From the NCBI RefSeq assembly GCF_009914755.1, contig NC_060925.1: a DNA stretch of 64,000 nt; one strand, written 5' to 3'. Positions 13,049-27,075 of the stretch are shown here, one piece after another. Numbering within the stretch: the stretch's first letter is position 1; each line of letters begins with the position of its first letter. Below the pieces are notes generated by a model, which saw only the letters and a list, made by a program, of their open reading frames with translations, ran no database searches and was not told the origin of the DNA. The translations under genes and the position numbers were made by a program. The DNA comes from the human T2T-CHM13v2.0 reference genome, Homo sapiens.

Positions 13049-14049
13049 TGCATATACTCTCAAATCTCTGGCCTCTCTCTAAACTGGCAAAATCTCAAAT
13101 TTGGTTAAATTAAACTCTTTATTTTGTGTTCCTTCAGTCAGCACATAGCTAGAGAAAAATACATAGGCATACTGAATGGTCTTGCTTTAACGTCAGTTGG
13201 GCTCATATGTAGTCCTAGTCCATTTGTTTTTCTACTCTCCTAAATTACTCTTCCTTACCTTCTACTCTCCTGTAACTCCTATCTTCCCTCTGCTCTTCGT
13301 AGACAGATGATAATCTTGCTTCTTATTTCACTGTGACAACTGAAGCAATCAGAATATAATTTCAGGAAGTGTCCCCTATACTATCTACTCACCTACCTGC
13401 ATCTATGCACATAAACTGTCCCTTTCCCATTGTTGCTAAGGATTAACTTTCCCAAGCTTTTTTGACACAGGCCAATTTCTTCTTTTGTTCCCTTTGGACC
13501 CAGTCCTTCTCACCTATCCAAGGGCACAGGTCCAGCAATTTTCCTCTCCTGCTTCTGCATCAACAGTTATTCCTTATGTGCTCAGTAATTCCCAACAATA
13601 CCCAAACACACTTCCCATCTTACAAAAAAAAAAAAGGAAAACAACAACAAAAAAACCTTCTTGACACCTACAAGCCCTTCCAATTAACCATGCAAGTTTC
13701 TGCTTTGCCTTATAGCAAAACTCTTGAAACTACCGCCTATAGTCATCTCCAGTTTGCTCCAAAGTTTTGTTTCTCTTATTGGAGCTATATTTTACATAAG
13801 GAAGACTGAATATATTGTATAAGCACAGTTTAAGAAATAAATAGGAAGTAAACCCTACTCAACATCTCCATTTGGGAGTTTAACATGCATCTTGGACCTA
13901 TCATGCCCAAAGCAGAACTGTTTAGTTTTGGCCCCTATATCTGTTCTTCCTACAGTTTTCCTCTTATCTCAGGAATAGAAATTCCAACCTTCAAGTTGTT
14001 CAGGTTAAACATCTTGGAGTCATCATTGATTCCTATGTCTCTCTCATCT

Positions 14050-14350
14050 CTTTTTTTTTTTTTTTTTTTTGAGATGGAGTCTCACTCTGTTGCCCAGGCT
14101 GGAGTGTAGTGGCACGATCACTCACTGCAAGCTCTGCCTCCCAGGTTCCACGTCATTCTCCTGCCTCAGCCTCCTGAGTAGCTGGGACTACAGGCGCCCA
14201 CCACCACACCTGGCTAATTTTTTTTTTTTGGATTTTCAGTAAAGATGGGGTTTCACCGTGTTAGCCAGGATGGTCTTGATCTTCTGAGCTCGTGATCTGC
14301 CCGCCTCAGCCTCCCAAAGGGATTACAGGCGTGAGCCACTGTGCCCAGCC
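14050..14350 (-). mobile_element. AluY
   Basis: Y diagnostics gcaagctc and ccgtgttagccaggatggtc; TSD tctctcatct at 14040-14049 and 14351-14360. Confidence 0.95.
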
Positions 14351-14914
14351 TCTCTCATCTTTAACACCCAATCCATTAACAAAACATATTGGCTCTAAAA
14401 TCAAAATATATCCAAAACCTAACCACTGCTCACCACCCCAACCTCTACCATCCTGCTCCAAACCTCTGCATAGCAACAAAGTTGTTTTTGAAAAATGCAA
14501 ATAGATCATATTACTCCTCTCAAAAAACACCCAGTGACTTCCCATCTCAGTTTAAAATCCTGAGTCCCTACAATGGTCTTCAAGCCCCTCATTACATCCC
14601 AAATCTCAGCACGTGCCACCCTTGCCCTTCTGCCTCTTCCCTTCATTCCACCACTGGCCTTGTGGCCCTCATATGCACCAAGCAAACTCCTGTCTCAGAG
14701 CTATTGCATTTGCTTTTCCTTCTGCCTGGACACTCTTCCCTCAACTGCCCACAAGGTTCAGTCTCTTCTTTCCAGCAGATCTCTGTTCAAATGACTTGTT
14801 CAAATGCCCTTTCCTGGTCAGTCTGAAAATAGCACTGCCTCACTCTCTATCCCCTTATCTTGCTTTATTCTTTTTTTTATCACATTCATCACCACCTGGT
14901 TATGAAATTACAGA

Positions 14915-14997
14915 GATGATAGCTGATGATAGATAGATAGATGATAGATAGATAGACAGATAGATAGATAGATGATAGCTGATAGATAGATAGATAA

Positions 14998-15046
<49 letters not shown>
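14915..15046. repeat. compound (GATA)n tetranucleotide STR
   Basis: Interrupted GATA array ending in a pure run of about 11 units. Confidence 0.95.
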
Positions 15047-15047
<1 letters not shown>

Positions 15048-15377
15048 TTTATTTGCCTATTTGCTTTTATTCTCCCCCTAATATAGGCTCTTTGTCCCTT
15101 ACTGCTTTATCCCCAGCAACTAGAACCGTGCATGGAATATATGTGCTCAGTAAATATTTATTTGATGAACGATGTGCTAGAAACTCTCCTTCTGACTATG
15201 CTCTTAATCACTAACCTATACTGTCTGCCAGAATTTTTTTTTATTTCTCCAAATATGTATAGCACACCTAACCAAACCTATCTCATAACCTAAACTATGT
15301 TAAATACTTAGCACAACATCTAACACGTAGTAGGGTTTTAAATATGTTAATTTTCTTCCCTTCTTCCTTCCTTTCCC

Positions 15378-15679
15378 TTTTTATTTTATTTTGTTTGTTT
15401 GAAACAGGGTGTTGCTCTGTCACCCAGGCTGGAGTGCAGTGGTCAGTCACTACTCACTGCATCCTTGAACGCCTGGGCTCAAGCCATCCTCCCCATCTCA
15501 GCCTCCTGAGTAGCTAGGACTACAAGTGCTTGTCACCACACACAGCTAATTTTACTTTTGGTACAGATGGGGTCTGGTCATTTTGCGCTGGCTGGTCTCA
15601 AACTCCAGGCCTCAAGCAATCCTCCTGCCTCGGCCTTCCAAAATGCTGGGATAACAGGTGTAAGCCACCATGTCCAGCC
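15378..15679 (-). mobile_element. AluJ
   Basis: Divergent dimer with J diagnostics (acagggt..., gggctcaagc.atcctcc). Confidence 0.9.
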
Positions 15680-15697
15680 CTTCCTCCCTCCTTTTCT

Positions 15698-15832
15698 AAT
15701 GGTGAGACAGAATGTACATCCCAATTTTCCTGGAACAGCCCTAGTTTATGCCTGTTGTCCTAGCGTAATTATTAGTAGTGCTCCTTTTTCTATCAAGCAT
15801 CCTGTTTAGTGACAAATGATATGGTTATCCTA
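15698..15832. mobile_element. MER94 (hAT-Blackjack), copy 1
   Basis: cctggaacagccctagtttatgcctgttgtcctagcgtaattattagtag...atatggttatccta matches MER94. Confidence 0.75.
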
Positions 15833-16169
15833 ATATTGGTGCAATTGCAACCTGAGGTGTCCACTTAAGCTCATTTAGAGTTAATGGCCATGTACAGGGA
15901 AGTAATGGGTATTTTCACCAGACATCGTTCTTAGATAGAGTAACATATAATATGCGTTCTCCCTGCCTGCTTCACAGAGCATTTGTGAATAAAAGATGTA
16001 GAGATTTTAAATTGCCAATTTCTTTTGTTTTGTTTTTGTTTTTAAAGCTACTTATTTATTTTATGTGTATAAATTTATGGGACACAAGTATAATTTTGTT
16101 ACAACTCAGGACTTTTAGGGAGATTTCAAATTTCTAGACACATGGAAAAGGATATTAATATTTTACAGA

Positions 16170-16365
16170 CTAGTATGATGTGGTGGCCTTTGAGTCAAAA
16201 GACAGAGGTTGAAATCCTAGTTGTGAACTTTTCTATACTGCTGTCTAGAAAACTCATGTGACCTTATTCGTCTGTCAGCTGGGTCCATATCATTTCACCT
16301 ACTGCTCACTCCAGGTCATGGGACACACCACATTAGGTAATGTGAATGCTTTGTAAACTCACTGC
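16170..16365 (+). mobile_element. MIR-family SINE
   Basis: ggcctttgagtcaaaagacagaggttgaaatcctag...aatgtgaatgctttgtaaact. Confidence 0.6.
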
Positions 16366-17213
16366 AGCTTCTCAGTTCCCCAAGGAAACTTTGTTTGATG
16401 CTACCAACAAAGAAGTCTTCCAAGACCTTTTGGGAGTGTCATCCCATCCACCCCCAAACTCTGAAAGGACCCAGGTGGTGGGAGAGACAGAAAGAGGACT
16501 TGGCTTTCACATCTGGCTGAGTAAATACACAGCAGATGGAGCCCTGGGAAAGCAATGCACGGAAGGTGTTTCCTTTTGGAAAAATCTCTATTCTCCAAAG
16601 TTGTCAGGCCAACTCTCAGGAGGGTACAGGAAAAATGACAGGGGAAAAGTGTAAACAGTGTAAAACCAAGAATTCCTTGAAGAAGCGTTAGCAAAAGCAG
16701 TAGCACTATACAACACTGTTCAGCCCTCCTAGAAAGTTCTATGTTTCTGCAAGCCCCTGAATTTACGGAAAGGGGAGTTGGAAGGCTGTGGTGGAGAGAG
16801 GAGGAGACAGATGTTCTCGGGAGATCTGTGTGGATATAATAATTCCACTGTCTATCCCTCTGCTGGTGACATACAGCTGCCGTGGGGCAGCTCAGAATTG
16901 GCTGTTTACAGAAGGAACCTCCTTCATCAATGACAGTAGAGAAGGGGGCACCATGATGGGGTTATTTTCATTATAGGAAATGGGGGTGTCTGCCTGGTTG
17001 CTCTGGGGGTTGTGGGAGGAATATTCTTGTGGGCTGTCAGTTCCTGCCCCAATTGCAGTCTTCCATTACTCCTGTACCTCATGCCCCCACCCCACCACAC
17101 ACACTAACATAAAGAGAAAATCCAGGATATCCAGGGCTAAGGATCACCCTCTTCAAAAGTTTCCTGACTCTGAAAAAACTCTTTGGCTGAATATAGGAAA
17201 GTTTCCCTTTTCT

Positions 17214-17350
17214 AATGGTGAGAATAACTGTATATCCCAGTTTTCCTGGAACAGCCCTAGTTTACATCTGTTGTCCTACTGTAATTATTAGTAGTATCCC
17301 CTTTGGCTATCAGAATGTCCTGTTTAGTGAGAAATGATATGGTTATCCTA
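17214..17350. mobile_element. MER94, copy 2 (local duplicate)
   Basis: Collinear with 15698-15832, including the flanks. Confidence 0.75.
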
Positions 17351-18269
17351 ATATCAGTGCAATTGCAACCTGAGGTGTCCTTATTTAAGCTTATGCAGTG
17401 CTTTCAAATATAAAACATCTGTCTCTGGAGGGACTGGGCTTCCTCTCACTGGAAGTGTTCAAGCTGAAGATAGTCAGCCTCTTGATGTTTCTTTATGAGG
17501 AAATCTAAGGCACAAGAATACTAGTAGGATTGGGTGACGTCAAAGACCTTTCTCCTCTCCCTTGGAGTAAATGAGCTTGTTGGAGGTTATCAGTGATTCT
17601 GAGAGCTTCCATGAACATGACACGTATTGGACACTGTAACCTCCCAAAGAAGAGGCTACGATCTCTGACCTCAAGGTCAGAATCTAATAGAAAAACCCAG
17701 GACAACAACACATTTGGTAGGTCTGGAACATCAGGCATGAAGCAACAGTGATGAGAAATAATAGCCCAAATTTACAGAAAGAAAGAAAGAAAGGCCCAGA
17801 AAGGGAAAGTAATTTGCCTGAGGCCATGAATAAAGGCAGAGGGAGGGCATCTTCTAAGAATCTTTGGTAAATAAAAGGAAATTTAGTTGGACAAGATGGT
17901 ATGAGACCCATCATCCCTTCCTAGCAGCCCCTCCTTCATAAGTGGTGGATTGTGAGGGTAGGAGTGACTTATGGCAAAATCCAAGTCCCTCCTGGGACTG
18001 GAGTACACTTCAGGCACTGTCTTCCTCTAAACCCCACCACTGCTGCTCCAGTGCAAGTAGGATTCTACCTTAGTTTCCCTCCTTCACCAGATCCCTGTCC
18101 CATACATTAGCCTGTTTGATGGGGGCTCTCACAGCTTTCAACAAATGCCCCTGAAGGACTAGACTCTACTCTTCTATCTATATGACATACCTCTGACTAG
18201 AATCATGCTCAGCTGTGGACTGATTAGTAGGAATTCCAAGAACGTCCCCTGTTGCCCCACAGGGTTAGT

Positions 18270-18662
18270 GCCTCCCTCCACTTCTCAGGGGTGTTCTTTC
18301 TCTTATTACATTGAAATCTGCCTCCTTACAATCCCGCCCATGTGCATTGGTTCTCTGTCTGCTATAAGTTTTCTAAATCCTCTTCCATGTGACATTTAAG
18401 AAAAGCTCATGTGTCCCTTCCTCTTTCTCTTACCAGCCACGGTAACCATCTCTAGTTCTTTTCACCTTTGTCATGTGATACTCTACCAAGACCCTCTCCC
18501 CCAAACACACTTGAGCTTAACAGCATTCCTCTTAAACTAGGGGCCTTGGAGAAAGAAGAATTCCCCAAGTTTGTTGTGCCTGGTAAATGGTCAAGGAGAT
18601 CCACCTTGTCCCTCAGCTTATACATTCTGTGTCTAAAAGTGCAGCCCAGGTAGGTTTGCTTT
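18270..18662 (-). mobile_element. L3/CR1 LINE fragment
   Basis: gttctttc...gaaatctgcctcc...cattggttct...aaatcctcttccatgtgaca...cctcttaaa...gtgcagcccagg follows antisense L3. Confidence 0.65.
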
Positions 18663-18682
18663 GAAAAAAAAAAAGAAAGAAA

Positions 18683-19535
18683 AGCTTTGCTGAGATATAT
18701 TCACATACCATATAATTCATCCATTTAAAAGTACCAAATTGTAAAAGTATACCCATTTAATTTGTACTAAACTCATGTTGTTTGGTATATTACTTTTTTT
18801 CCAGTTGTGCTAAAATATACATAACATACAATTTGCCATTTTAACCATTTTTAAGAATACTATTCAGTGGCATTAATTATATTCACAATGTCATGTAACC
18901 TTTATCAACATCTATTCCCCTAACTTTTTTTATCACCCCAAAGATAAATTCTATAACTATTAAGTAATAACTTCCCATTCCTTCCTCCCCCCACCCCCTG
19001 ATAAATTCTACTCTACTTTCTGTTTCTATGAATTTGACTATTCTAGGTGTCTCATATAAGTGGATCATATAATATTTGTCTTTTTGTGTCTGGATTATTT
19101 CATTTGGTTAATGTTTTTAAACTTCATCCACGTAAGAGCATTCATCAGAACTTCATTTTTACTGCTGAATACTGTTACACTGTATGTATATACCACATTT
19201 TGTTTGTTCATTCATCGTTTGATGGACGCTTTGGTTGTTCCCACCTTTTGGCTATTATGAATAATGCTGCAATGAACACTGGTGCACAAGTAACTGTTTG
19301 AGTCTCTGGTTTCATTTCTTTGGGCATATATCTAGAGGTGGAATTGCTAGGTCATATGGTAATTCTGTGTTTAACTTCTTGAGGAGCTGCCAAGCTATTT
19401 CCATAAGAGCTGATTATTTTACATTCCCATCAACAATGTCTGAGGGTTCCAGTTTTTCCATATCTCACCAATGCTTGTTATTTAGCATTTTTTCAACTAT
19501 AGCCATCCTTGTGAGTATAAACTGTTTTCTCATTT
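18683..19535 (-). mobile_element. L1MB-type 3' end(s)
   Basis: aaaatatacataacatacaatttgccattttaaccatttttaag...ctatgaatttgactattctagg; the minus-strand ORF 18883-19068 is L1 3'-UTR-derived. Confidence 0.85.
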
Positions 19536-19559
19536 TCTCCTTTAAAGTTTGTAAAATCA

Positions 19560-20649
19560 ATAGCTAAAACTATTAAACTTTTAGAATAAAACAAAGGAAA
19601 AAGATCTTTGACATTGGATTAAGCAAAATTTTTTAACCAGGACAAATACATAAACTATGAAAAAATGATAAAATGAACTCCATCAAGTTTAAAACCTTTT
19701 GCTCTTCAAATCAGAGTTTAAAAAATGAAAAGGCAATCTACAGACCAGGAGAAAACTTTTACAGGACATAATTTTAAATAGTTGTATTCAGAATACATAA
19801 AGAACTTTTACAACTCTGTAATAGGAAAACAAGCAACCCATTAAAATGTACATATGATTTGAACACTTTACAAAGAAGATATATGAATAGCCAATAAGCA
19901 CATGAAGAAAGCTCAACATCACTAATCAGAAAAACAAAAATTAAAACCACTCTAAATTACCATTCCACAACCCACTAGCGTGGCTAAAGTTAAAAAGACT
20001 AATAATACCAAATATTTGCAAGGATATGAACAATTGGAGTTTTCATACATTGCTGGTGGAAATGCAAAATGCTATGGCCACTTGGAAAACAAAATGTCAG
20101 TGTCTTAATACACTTAACACACACTTACCGTATGACCCAGGAATTCACAGAAGAGAAATAAAAACATGTGTTCAAAGATGTATATGCTGATGTTCATAGC
20201 AGTATAGTTTGTAGTTGCCCTAAATTGGAAGCAACCTAAATGTTTCTCCACTGGAGAATAGATTATCTGAAGTTGTGGTATATTTATACTATAGAATACT
20301 TTTCAACAATAAAAAGGAACAAAATATTAATACACACAACAACATGGAAGAATCTCCAAACCGTTATGCTAAGTGATATAAAGCAAACACAATAAACTAT
20401 GTAAGCTATGATTCCTTTTATATGAATTTCTAGAAAAGGCAAAGCTCAAGTAACAGAAGGCAAGTCAGTGGTTTCTTGGGGCCAGGCATGGAGAGAGGGA
20501 TTAATTCCTAACAGACTCAAAAGAACTTCTCAGAGTGAGAGAGATAGTCTATATCTTGACTTTGCTGCTGGTTAAAAAAATGCACACAATTCCAAAATTT
20601 ATCAAATATACATTTAACATAGGTGAATTTTACTGTGGGCAAGTAATAC
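19560..20649 (+). mobile_element. old L1M ORF2 C-terminal region and 3' UTR
   Basis: aaacttttagaataaaacaaagg...gccaataagcacatgaag...catacattgctggtggaaatgcaaaatg...acaacaacatggaagaatctc. Confidence 0.85.
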
Positions 20650-21160
<511 letters not shown>

Positions 21161-21849
21161 CTATATGTTATGTTTAATGTATCTGCCTTAGTCTTAATGT
21201 ATCTGCCTTAGTCTAAACAGTCTGTATTTAAGGCATAATATATAGTAACATTAGAGTAAACATAGTAACATAAAACGCATAACAACAACAACAAAAACAG
21301 CTGGCCAAATGAATGCCAGAGAGTTGCCTTGATAGTGAAGAAACTGGAGAGGAAAGGCCAGGCTGGCCAGGGCAACCTCTATCCAGGAGTCAAATACCTA
21401 AGCCTGGGCCACATGTCCTGCTTCTTTCACCCTGGTTTTGGAAGTTAGTTTCAACCTCATCAACAACAACATTAACAGATTCTAAATCCTAAAGTATGCC
21501 AAACAATAAATCTTTTGTCTCATCTCGGTTAGTTCTTGCTTTGTGATTTTTTAAAAATTTTTAAAAATGTTTTAAAAATTCGGGCTATTCATCCTTTCTA
21601 AATGACCTGTTTACAAGTCTGTAGGTGGGATGGCTTCCATTCAGAAAATTTAATGTGTTATTATGCTATATGTTTGAAGGAGTTATCAATGGAAATGTTA
21701 GTTATGTATCAACCAAAGACACCACAGAAAGGAATAAAACACCTGCAGATATTTGTTAGTGCTGAGTAAACATTTGGTAGGATGGATATTTTGAGATCTG
21801 GACCCTAGGCCCAGTTTCACCACAGGCAGTAGTAAGCAGAGTAATAAGC

Positions 21850-22500
21850 AGAGAAAAAAAGAGTCTCCTACTCAAGATGAGCCCTACAGTCAATAATTCC
21901 AAAGTACATGAAGAAAATGAATATTAAGAAAAATAATTCACTCATCAATTGGAAAACAAAATCATGCCCAATTAAATAAAAAATAAAGCAATATCAAAAT
22001 AATTTTAAAATAAACATTTGAAGAGGGAGATATGAATCAAGAACAAATGGGTATAAAATAGAACCAATTTTTAAATCCAGAAATTGCGAAAATGTAGTAA
22101 TTAGAATTAAAGTGCAAGAGATGGTATAAACTCTAGGCTGGATACAGTCAGAAAGAGATGTAGTGAATTTGAAGATACAACTAAGGAATTTGTCCTGTAT
22201 ATCAAACACAGAGATAAAAGTATAAAAATGTGAAGGAAAGGGGGAACTTAATAAGCCTTGATACTAGAATGAGAGTTTTCAAAATACACCTGATGTGAAT
22301 TCCAGATGGAGAGAATATGAGGAGTGGTGAGAAGCAATATTCAAAAAGACACAGGCTGAGAATTTTCCGTAACTGAAGAAAGGCAGGGGCTGGCTGATGG
22401 AAAGAACACAGTAAGCCTTTCAAAGTGCTGAGAAGAAATAACTGTGAGCCCTGAATACAACAGCCAGCTTCAAGTATTTAAGATTTAAAAGATGAAAATT
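21850..22500 (+). mobile_element. HAL1/old L1M ORF1-like region
   Basis: ctcaagatgagccctacagtcaataatt...gtagtgaatttgaagataca...ggctgagaattttcc; A-rich and degenerate. Confidence 0.55.
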
Positions 22501-23965
22501 AAAGCCCTTGGCTTAATATTTACAAAAATATTTATCTCCGATATAATTTATTATATACTCACTTGCTAAGTAATAAAAGCATAAAAATTGTGAACTGAAT
22601 ATACCACAAATTCATTACAGTAGTTGATCTGGAAGGGAGAAAAACTGGACTAAGGAGAACATAGGCAACTTCGGTATTATAGATAATACTTTATTTTTAG
22701 GAAATTAAAGCATATACTGTACGACCAAATGTTACCAGGGTACATGGATTTTTACATTACTTTGAATTTTTAATTCTTTTTTTTAATAGAAAAACATTTT
22801 AAAGGAAAACACTACAGATCTGGAATAGTTTTGAGGAAAGCAGGAGAATTCATAACAAGTTCTTCCAGGACAAGGGCCTTGTCTTACCTTTGATTCCTCT
22901 GCATTTGGCAAAGTGTTTATCACACAGGAGATGCTCAAAGATTGTCTAGTAAGTGAATAAAAACCTACCTAAACACCTAATTACATGGGAAAGCCAATTA
23001 AAGCTAAAGACGAGCTTGTTCTTGGACCTATTTCTAATTCAATCATTTATTCATTCTCTCAACATGCCTCCCCAATAAATAGACTAGGTGCTGAGGTCAC
23101 ATAAATAAATAAGACATGGCCCCTGCTCTTACTGAACCCGTGTATAGGTAAGTCCTATTAAGTAACCTAATAGGACATACAAGGAGAGAGTGACCATAAT
23201 AATTGGGTACTAAAGAGTCCAGCTCACCAGCTACATAGTTTAGTTTCCTTCTAGGAAGGTCTTTTCAAGCATTTTCCTTTTTTCTCTCAAAATTAGAATC
23301 CTATAGGATGCCAACGACTAGTAAAACTGCAAGAAATGCAAGCAGGAAAGGACATGGAAGGAGGAGATAGCCAAACCAATCAAGTTTCTCCCCTCTGAGA
23401 GTCCCATTGCTTCCCCAAAATACTGAAAGGAAACTGCAGGCAAAGAAAAAATATATTCCATTTCTTGGTCTAAAAAGTGTCATTCTGGCACCCACTGCCT
23501 TCTGGAGATAAGCTCTGCGCTGGCAAGGGACAGAATTATGCCAGGAAATTGAGGATGTGCGGGTATTTTCCCAAGCTGTATTAACACTTCTCATGCTTTG
23601 CAGAGATTAGAACTTTTATCACTGGCTCACACACATTAAAGAAATTGTATTAAGCTGTAATTTTTTAGGGCAGAATGGACCAAAATTGTTCCCTTTCTAA
23701 GGATGCTGTGAGATGACATGGCTGAATATTGACAAGGAATCCAAACCCTAAGTCAAAGCTCTCCCACTTTAAAGTGGATGCACCTTTCTCATAATGGCAA
23801 GACTCTTGAAGGAGTGGAATGGAAGAAAGACGTCACCATTTCCTTTTGATGACAGGCCTCTGGACAGAAGAGAAGCAGGGGTCACCAAGATAATGCCAAC
23901 TGAAAAAGGTAGTTGCGGAAGTTAGGACAAGAGCATGCAGCTATGAGAGGTAAGAACAGGGTTAA

Positions 23966-24094
23966 GAGCTGTGCACAGTGGCATGTGCCTGTAGTACCAC
24001 CTACTCAGGAGGCTGATGTGAGAGGATCCCTCGAACCCAGAAGTTTGAGTCCAGCATGGGCAACATAGCAAGACTCTGTCTCTTAAAAAAAAAA
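23966..24094 (+). mobile_element. FLAM (free left Alu monomer)
   Basis: Single monomer gcacagtggcatgtgcctgtagt...gggcaacatagcaagactctgtctc, then an A tail and (GA)n. Confidence 0.85.
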
Positions 24095-24274
24095 AGAGAG
24101 AGAGAGAGAGAGGGAAAGAGAGAAGGGGTTCAAATATCTGAGCTGGCAAGCCGTGGGGAAGGGTGGGAGTCAGAGAGAATAACAGACAAAATGTACAAAA
24201 GGCCAGACAGATGGGAGTAGGGGCAGGCACAGACCAAGAGGCTATGATGTGAGAACACCATGATTTTGATGTGG

Positions 24275-24470
24275 CCATTTATTGAAGGCTTGCCATTGAC
24301 TACATTTCTTTCCAGTGCTTTAAATCCATGATCTCATTTATTCCTCATCATTACAGGAAGCAGCTATTATAATTCTATATTCTACAGGTAAGGAACATCC
24401 ACATCACAGAAGTCAAATAGCTAGTGTGGAAGTCAGTCCCTCTAACTCCGCAGCCCATGCCATGATGTGA
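24275..24470 (-). mobile_element. MIR SINE
   Basis: catttattgaaggcttgcc...atctcatttattcctca...ctattataattctatattctacaggtaaggaac. Confidence 0.65.
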
Positions 24471-25966
24471 CCCAGGCCTCCATGCTGTCCCACCCCACCC
24501 CCACCTGACAGGGAGCATCCACAATCTTGCCCAAGCAGAGGACGGTCCAGGGGCAATCAGCCTGAATCTTTGGGTTGAGACTGACAACACAACAAAGCCT
24601 TCCAGGGCAAGGACAATGTGTTGGTGTTTTCTATTTCCCCAGCACCCAGTCTGGTGGAAGGTCAGTACCCAGCTGTCATTGTAGGTGCACCCATAGAACC
24701 CTTGCTGGCAGGAGGACAGGTAAGAAAGTCTAGGCCATGGGGCTGCTGTTGGTCCAGGCTGTGGTAGAGAGCTGCCACTGCCAGTTACCCAGTCTACCCG
24801 ATGGCTGGCTGCCTGACTGAACTCCTACAAATCAGAGATGTTATTTAGTGCTAAAACAAATAAAGCAGGCTTTAACTACCCGTGAAGAACAATTAGGCAT
24901 TCCCAGAAGAGCACCAAGGTTTGTAATCCAACTAGAAAGTGGGGCTACCATCTGTCTTTATGATTAGCCCTTTTCCAAGCAGGAGAGAAAAGAGTCATTG
25001 CAGGGGTTGGCTCAATCCACAAGGAGGAGCTCCAACTAAATGTGGGATGGTGCAGGAGAGATACAAAGGGCAAGGTATGCCTCTGACCTCTAAAGTTCAG
25101 TCTATCAAGAGTGAGAAGGACATTAACAACCCAAGGGACCATATCAATGCCAACCAAGTTTGTATAGTTATGAGCCAGTCCAGAGCAGTAAGAGATCACT
25201 GGATCCAAGGGAAGTCAAGATCATCTCCCAAGAGAAAATGAGATTTGCAATGGGCTGTTTAGGATAAATAGGACTTTGGTGAGTAGACAGGAGGGAAGGG
25301 GTAGTCTAGATATGAGAAGCAATGGAGCCAAGGCACCCGCAGAGGGGAGCTGCAGGAGAGGAGTCTAGAAAGTTGGAAGAGTGGCTGCAGCCCAAACCTG
25401 GCCACCTTGAATGTCAGTCTGTGAAATTAGGACAGAGGTGTGTGCTAGCTATGGCCAAACTAGGCCCCAAACAAGTCCAAACACTGTCACCATCTGCATT
25501 TCTGCAGATGTTTCTGTTCTTCCACTGATAATTTGGCAATATTTCCAGGAAAAGGTAGGTGGCTTCAGAGAACTATTGGAGTCCCTAGTCCTCCAGGGAT
25601 GAAAGAACCATAACCCTATAGTCAAAGGCAATCCAGTCCCTTTCCTAAGGGTTCTATGGGAGACATTAGCCACTGCGTAAAACCACGAGGGAAATTGATG
25701 AAAGGTATATTTCTAGAAATAAACTAGTAGAAGCATGTCTTTGGACAAAATGAAACAAGAAAGAAAATCCTAAGAAAGAAACTGGAAGAAAGAACTCTGG
25801 ATATATAAGAAGGAAAACATTACAAATTCAAATTGCATATAAAAAGATATTGACTGCTCAAAGACAAAAGGAAAAAATGTATGACCACAATTGTGTCAAG
25901 GTTGAAACAGGCCAGGGTAAAGGTACCACTATTGCCATGAGATTAACGTTAGAAGGTAGAGGAAAA

Positions 25967-26427
25967 TGTATTAGATTCCTGTGACTGCCATAAAAAATTA
26001 CTGCAAATTTGGTGGCTTAAAACAACAGAAGTGTATTCTCTCAGGGTTCTAGAGACCAGGAGTCTGAAATCAAGGTGTCAGCAGGGCCATGCTCCCTCAG
26101 AAGCCTCGAGGGGAGACACCTTCCTTGGCTCTTCCAGCTTCTGGTAGCTCCACGCATTCCTTGGTCAGTGGCTGCATCACTGTAATCTTTGCCTCACTCT
26201 TCACCTGGCCTCCTCCACTGTGTCTGTGCCTTCTCCTCTCTGTATCTTATAAGCACATTTGTCATGGGATTTAGGGCCCACCTGCATAATTCAGGATGAG
26301 CTCATCTCAAGATCCTTAACTGAATTACATCTGTAAGGAGCCTTTTTTCCAAATGAGACCTACTCACAGGCCCCAGGGGTTAGGACATAGAAATACCTCT
26401 TTGGGAATTACCATTCAACCTACTACA
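25967..26427 (-). mobile_element. MLT1C solo LTR
   Basis: tgtattag...ggtggcttaaaacaacagaa...tctgaaatcaaggtgtcagcagggccatgctccctc...ccattcaacctactaca. Confidence 0.9.
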
Positions 26428-26890
26428 GGAACAATTCACTTCCTCTATTTTGTTATCTTGGTTTAAGCTATATTGGACTTTGCACTGTTTCGTTTCCGTC
26501 AATGGATGAGAAAGACGAATGGCAAATATTTTATTGCTGGCAAGCTCCCTATAGCCAGGGCCTCCCAGGGGCCCTGGTAATATGTTGAAGATGGTTGGCC
26601 CTCTGGCTCAGAGAGATTTGTGATACCTTGTTAAGTTCATAATGTCCACTGGCATCATGGGAAGAAGCCGTTAAACCTTAAGCTTAGCTCAAAGGTTTAC
26701 AACTTTGAGCTTCTTGCTCCAGTGCTCTTCTGATCCACATACCTCTTCTACTATACCAACCCAAGCCCCACAACAAATCATTACAGCCATTACCTAAAAG
26801 GGCAGAATGTGGATACATTTATATTCCCTGCAATGGATTTCATTTAAAGCTGGTATTCTCAAAAGGCCATTTTTAAACTCTCATCATCTG

Positions 26891-27075
26891 CAGTGATCTT
26901 CAAATGCCAGTCTACAGAGCAGTGCTGATGTGCCTTCCTAAGAATCACCTGAAGAGCTTGCTAAAAATATGGATTCCCAAGTCCACTGGAGATTTTTAGT
27001 TAATACATGGAGTGAAGCCCATGACTTTTTATTTCAATGAACTTCTCAGCTAACTCTGATGGGTACAATGAGGTC
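26891..27075. mobile_element. MER5-type fossil
   Basis: agaatcacctgaagagcttgctaaaaatatggattccc. Confidence 0.55.

Noticed and set aside
18683-20649. Single 5'-inverted L1
   Set aside because: Both halves contain their own, different 3' UTRs, so they are independent head-to-head elements.
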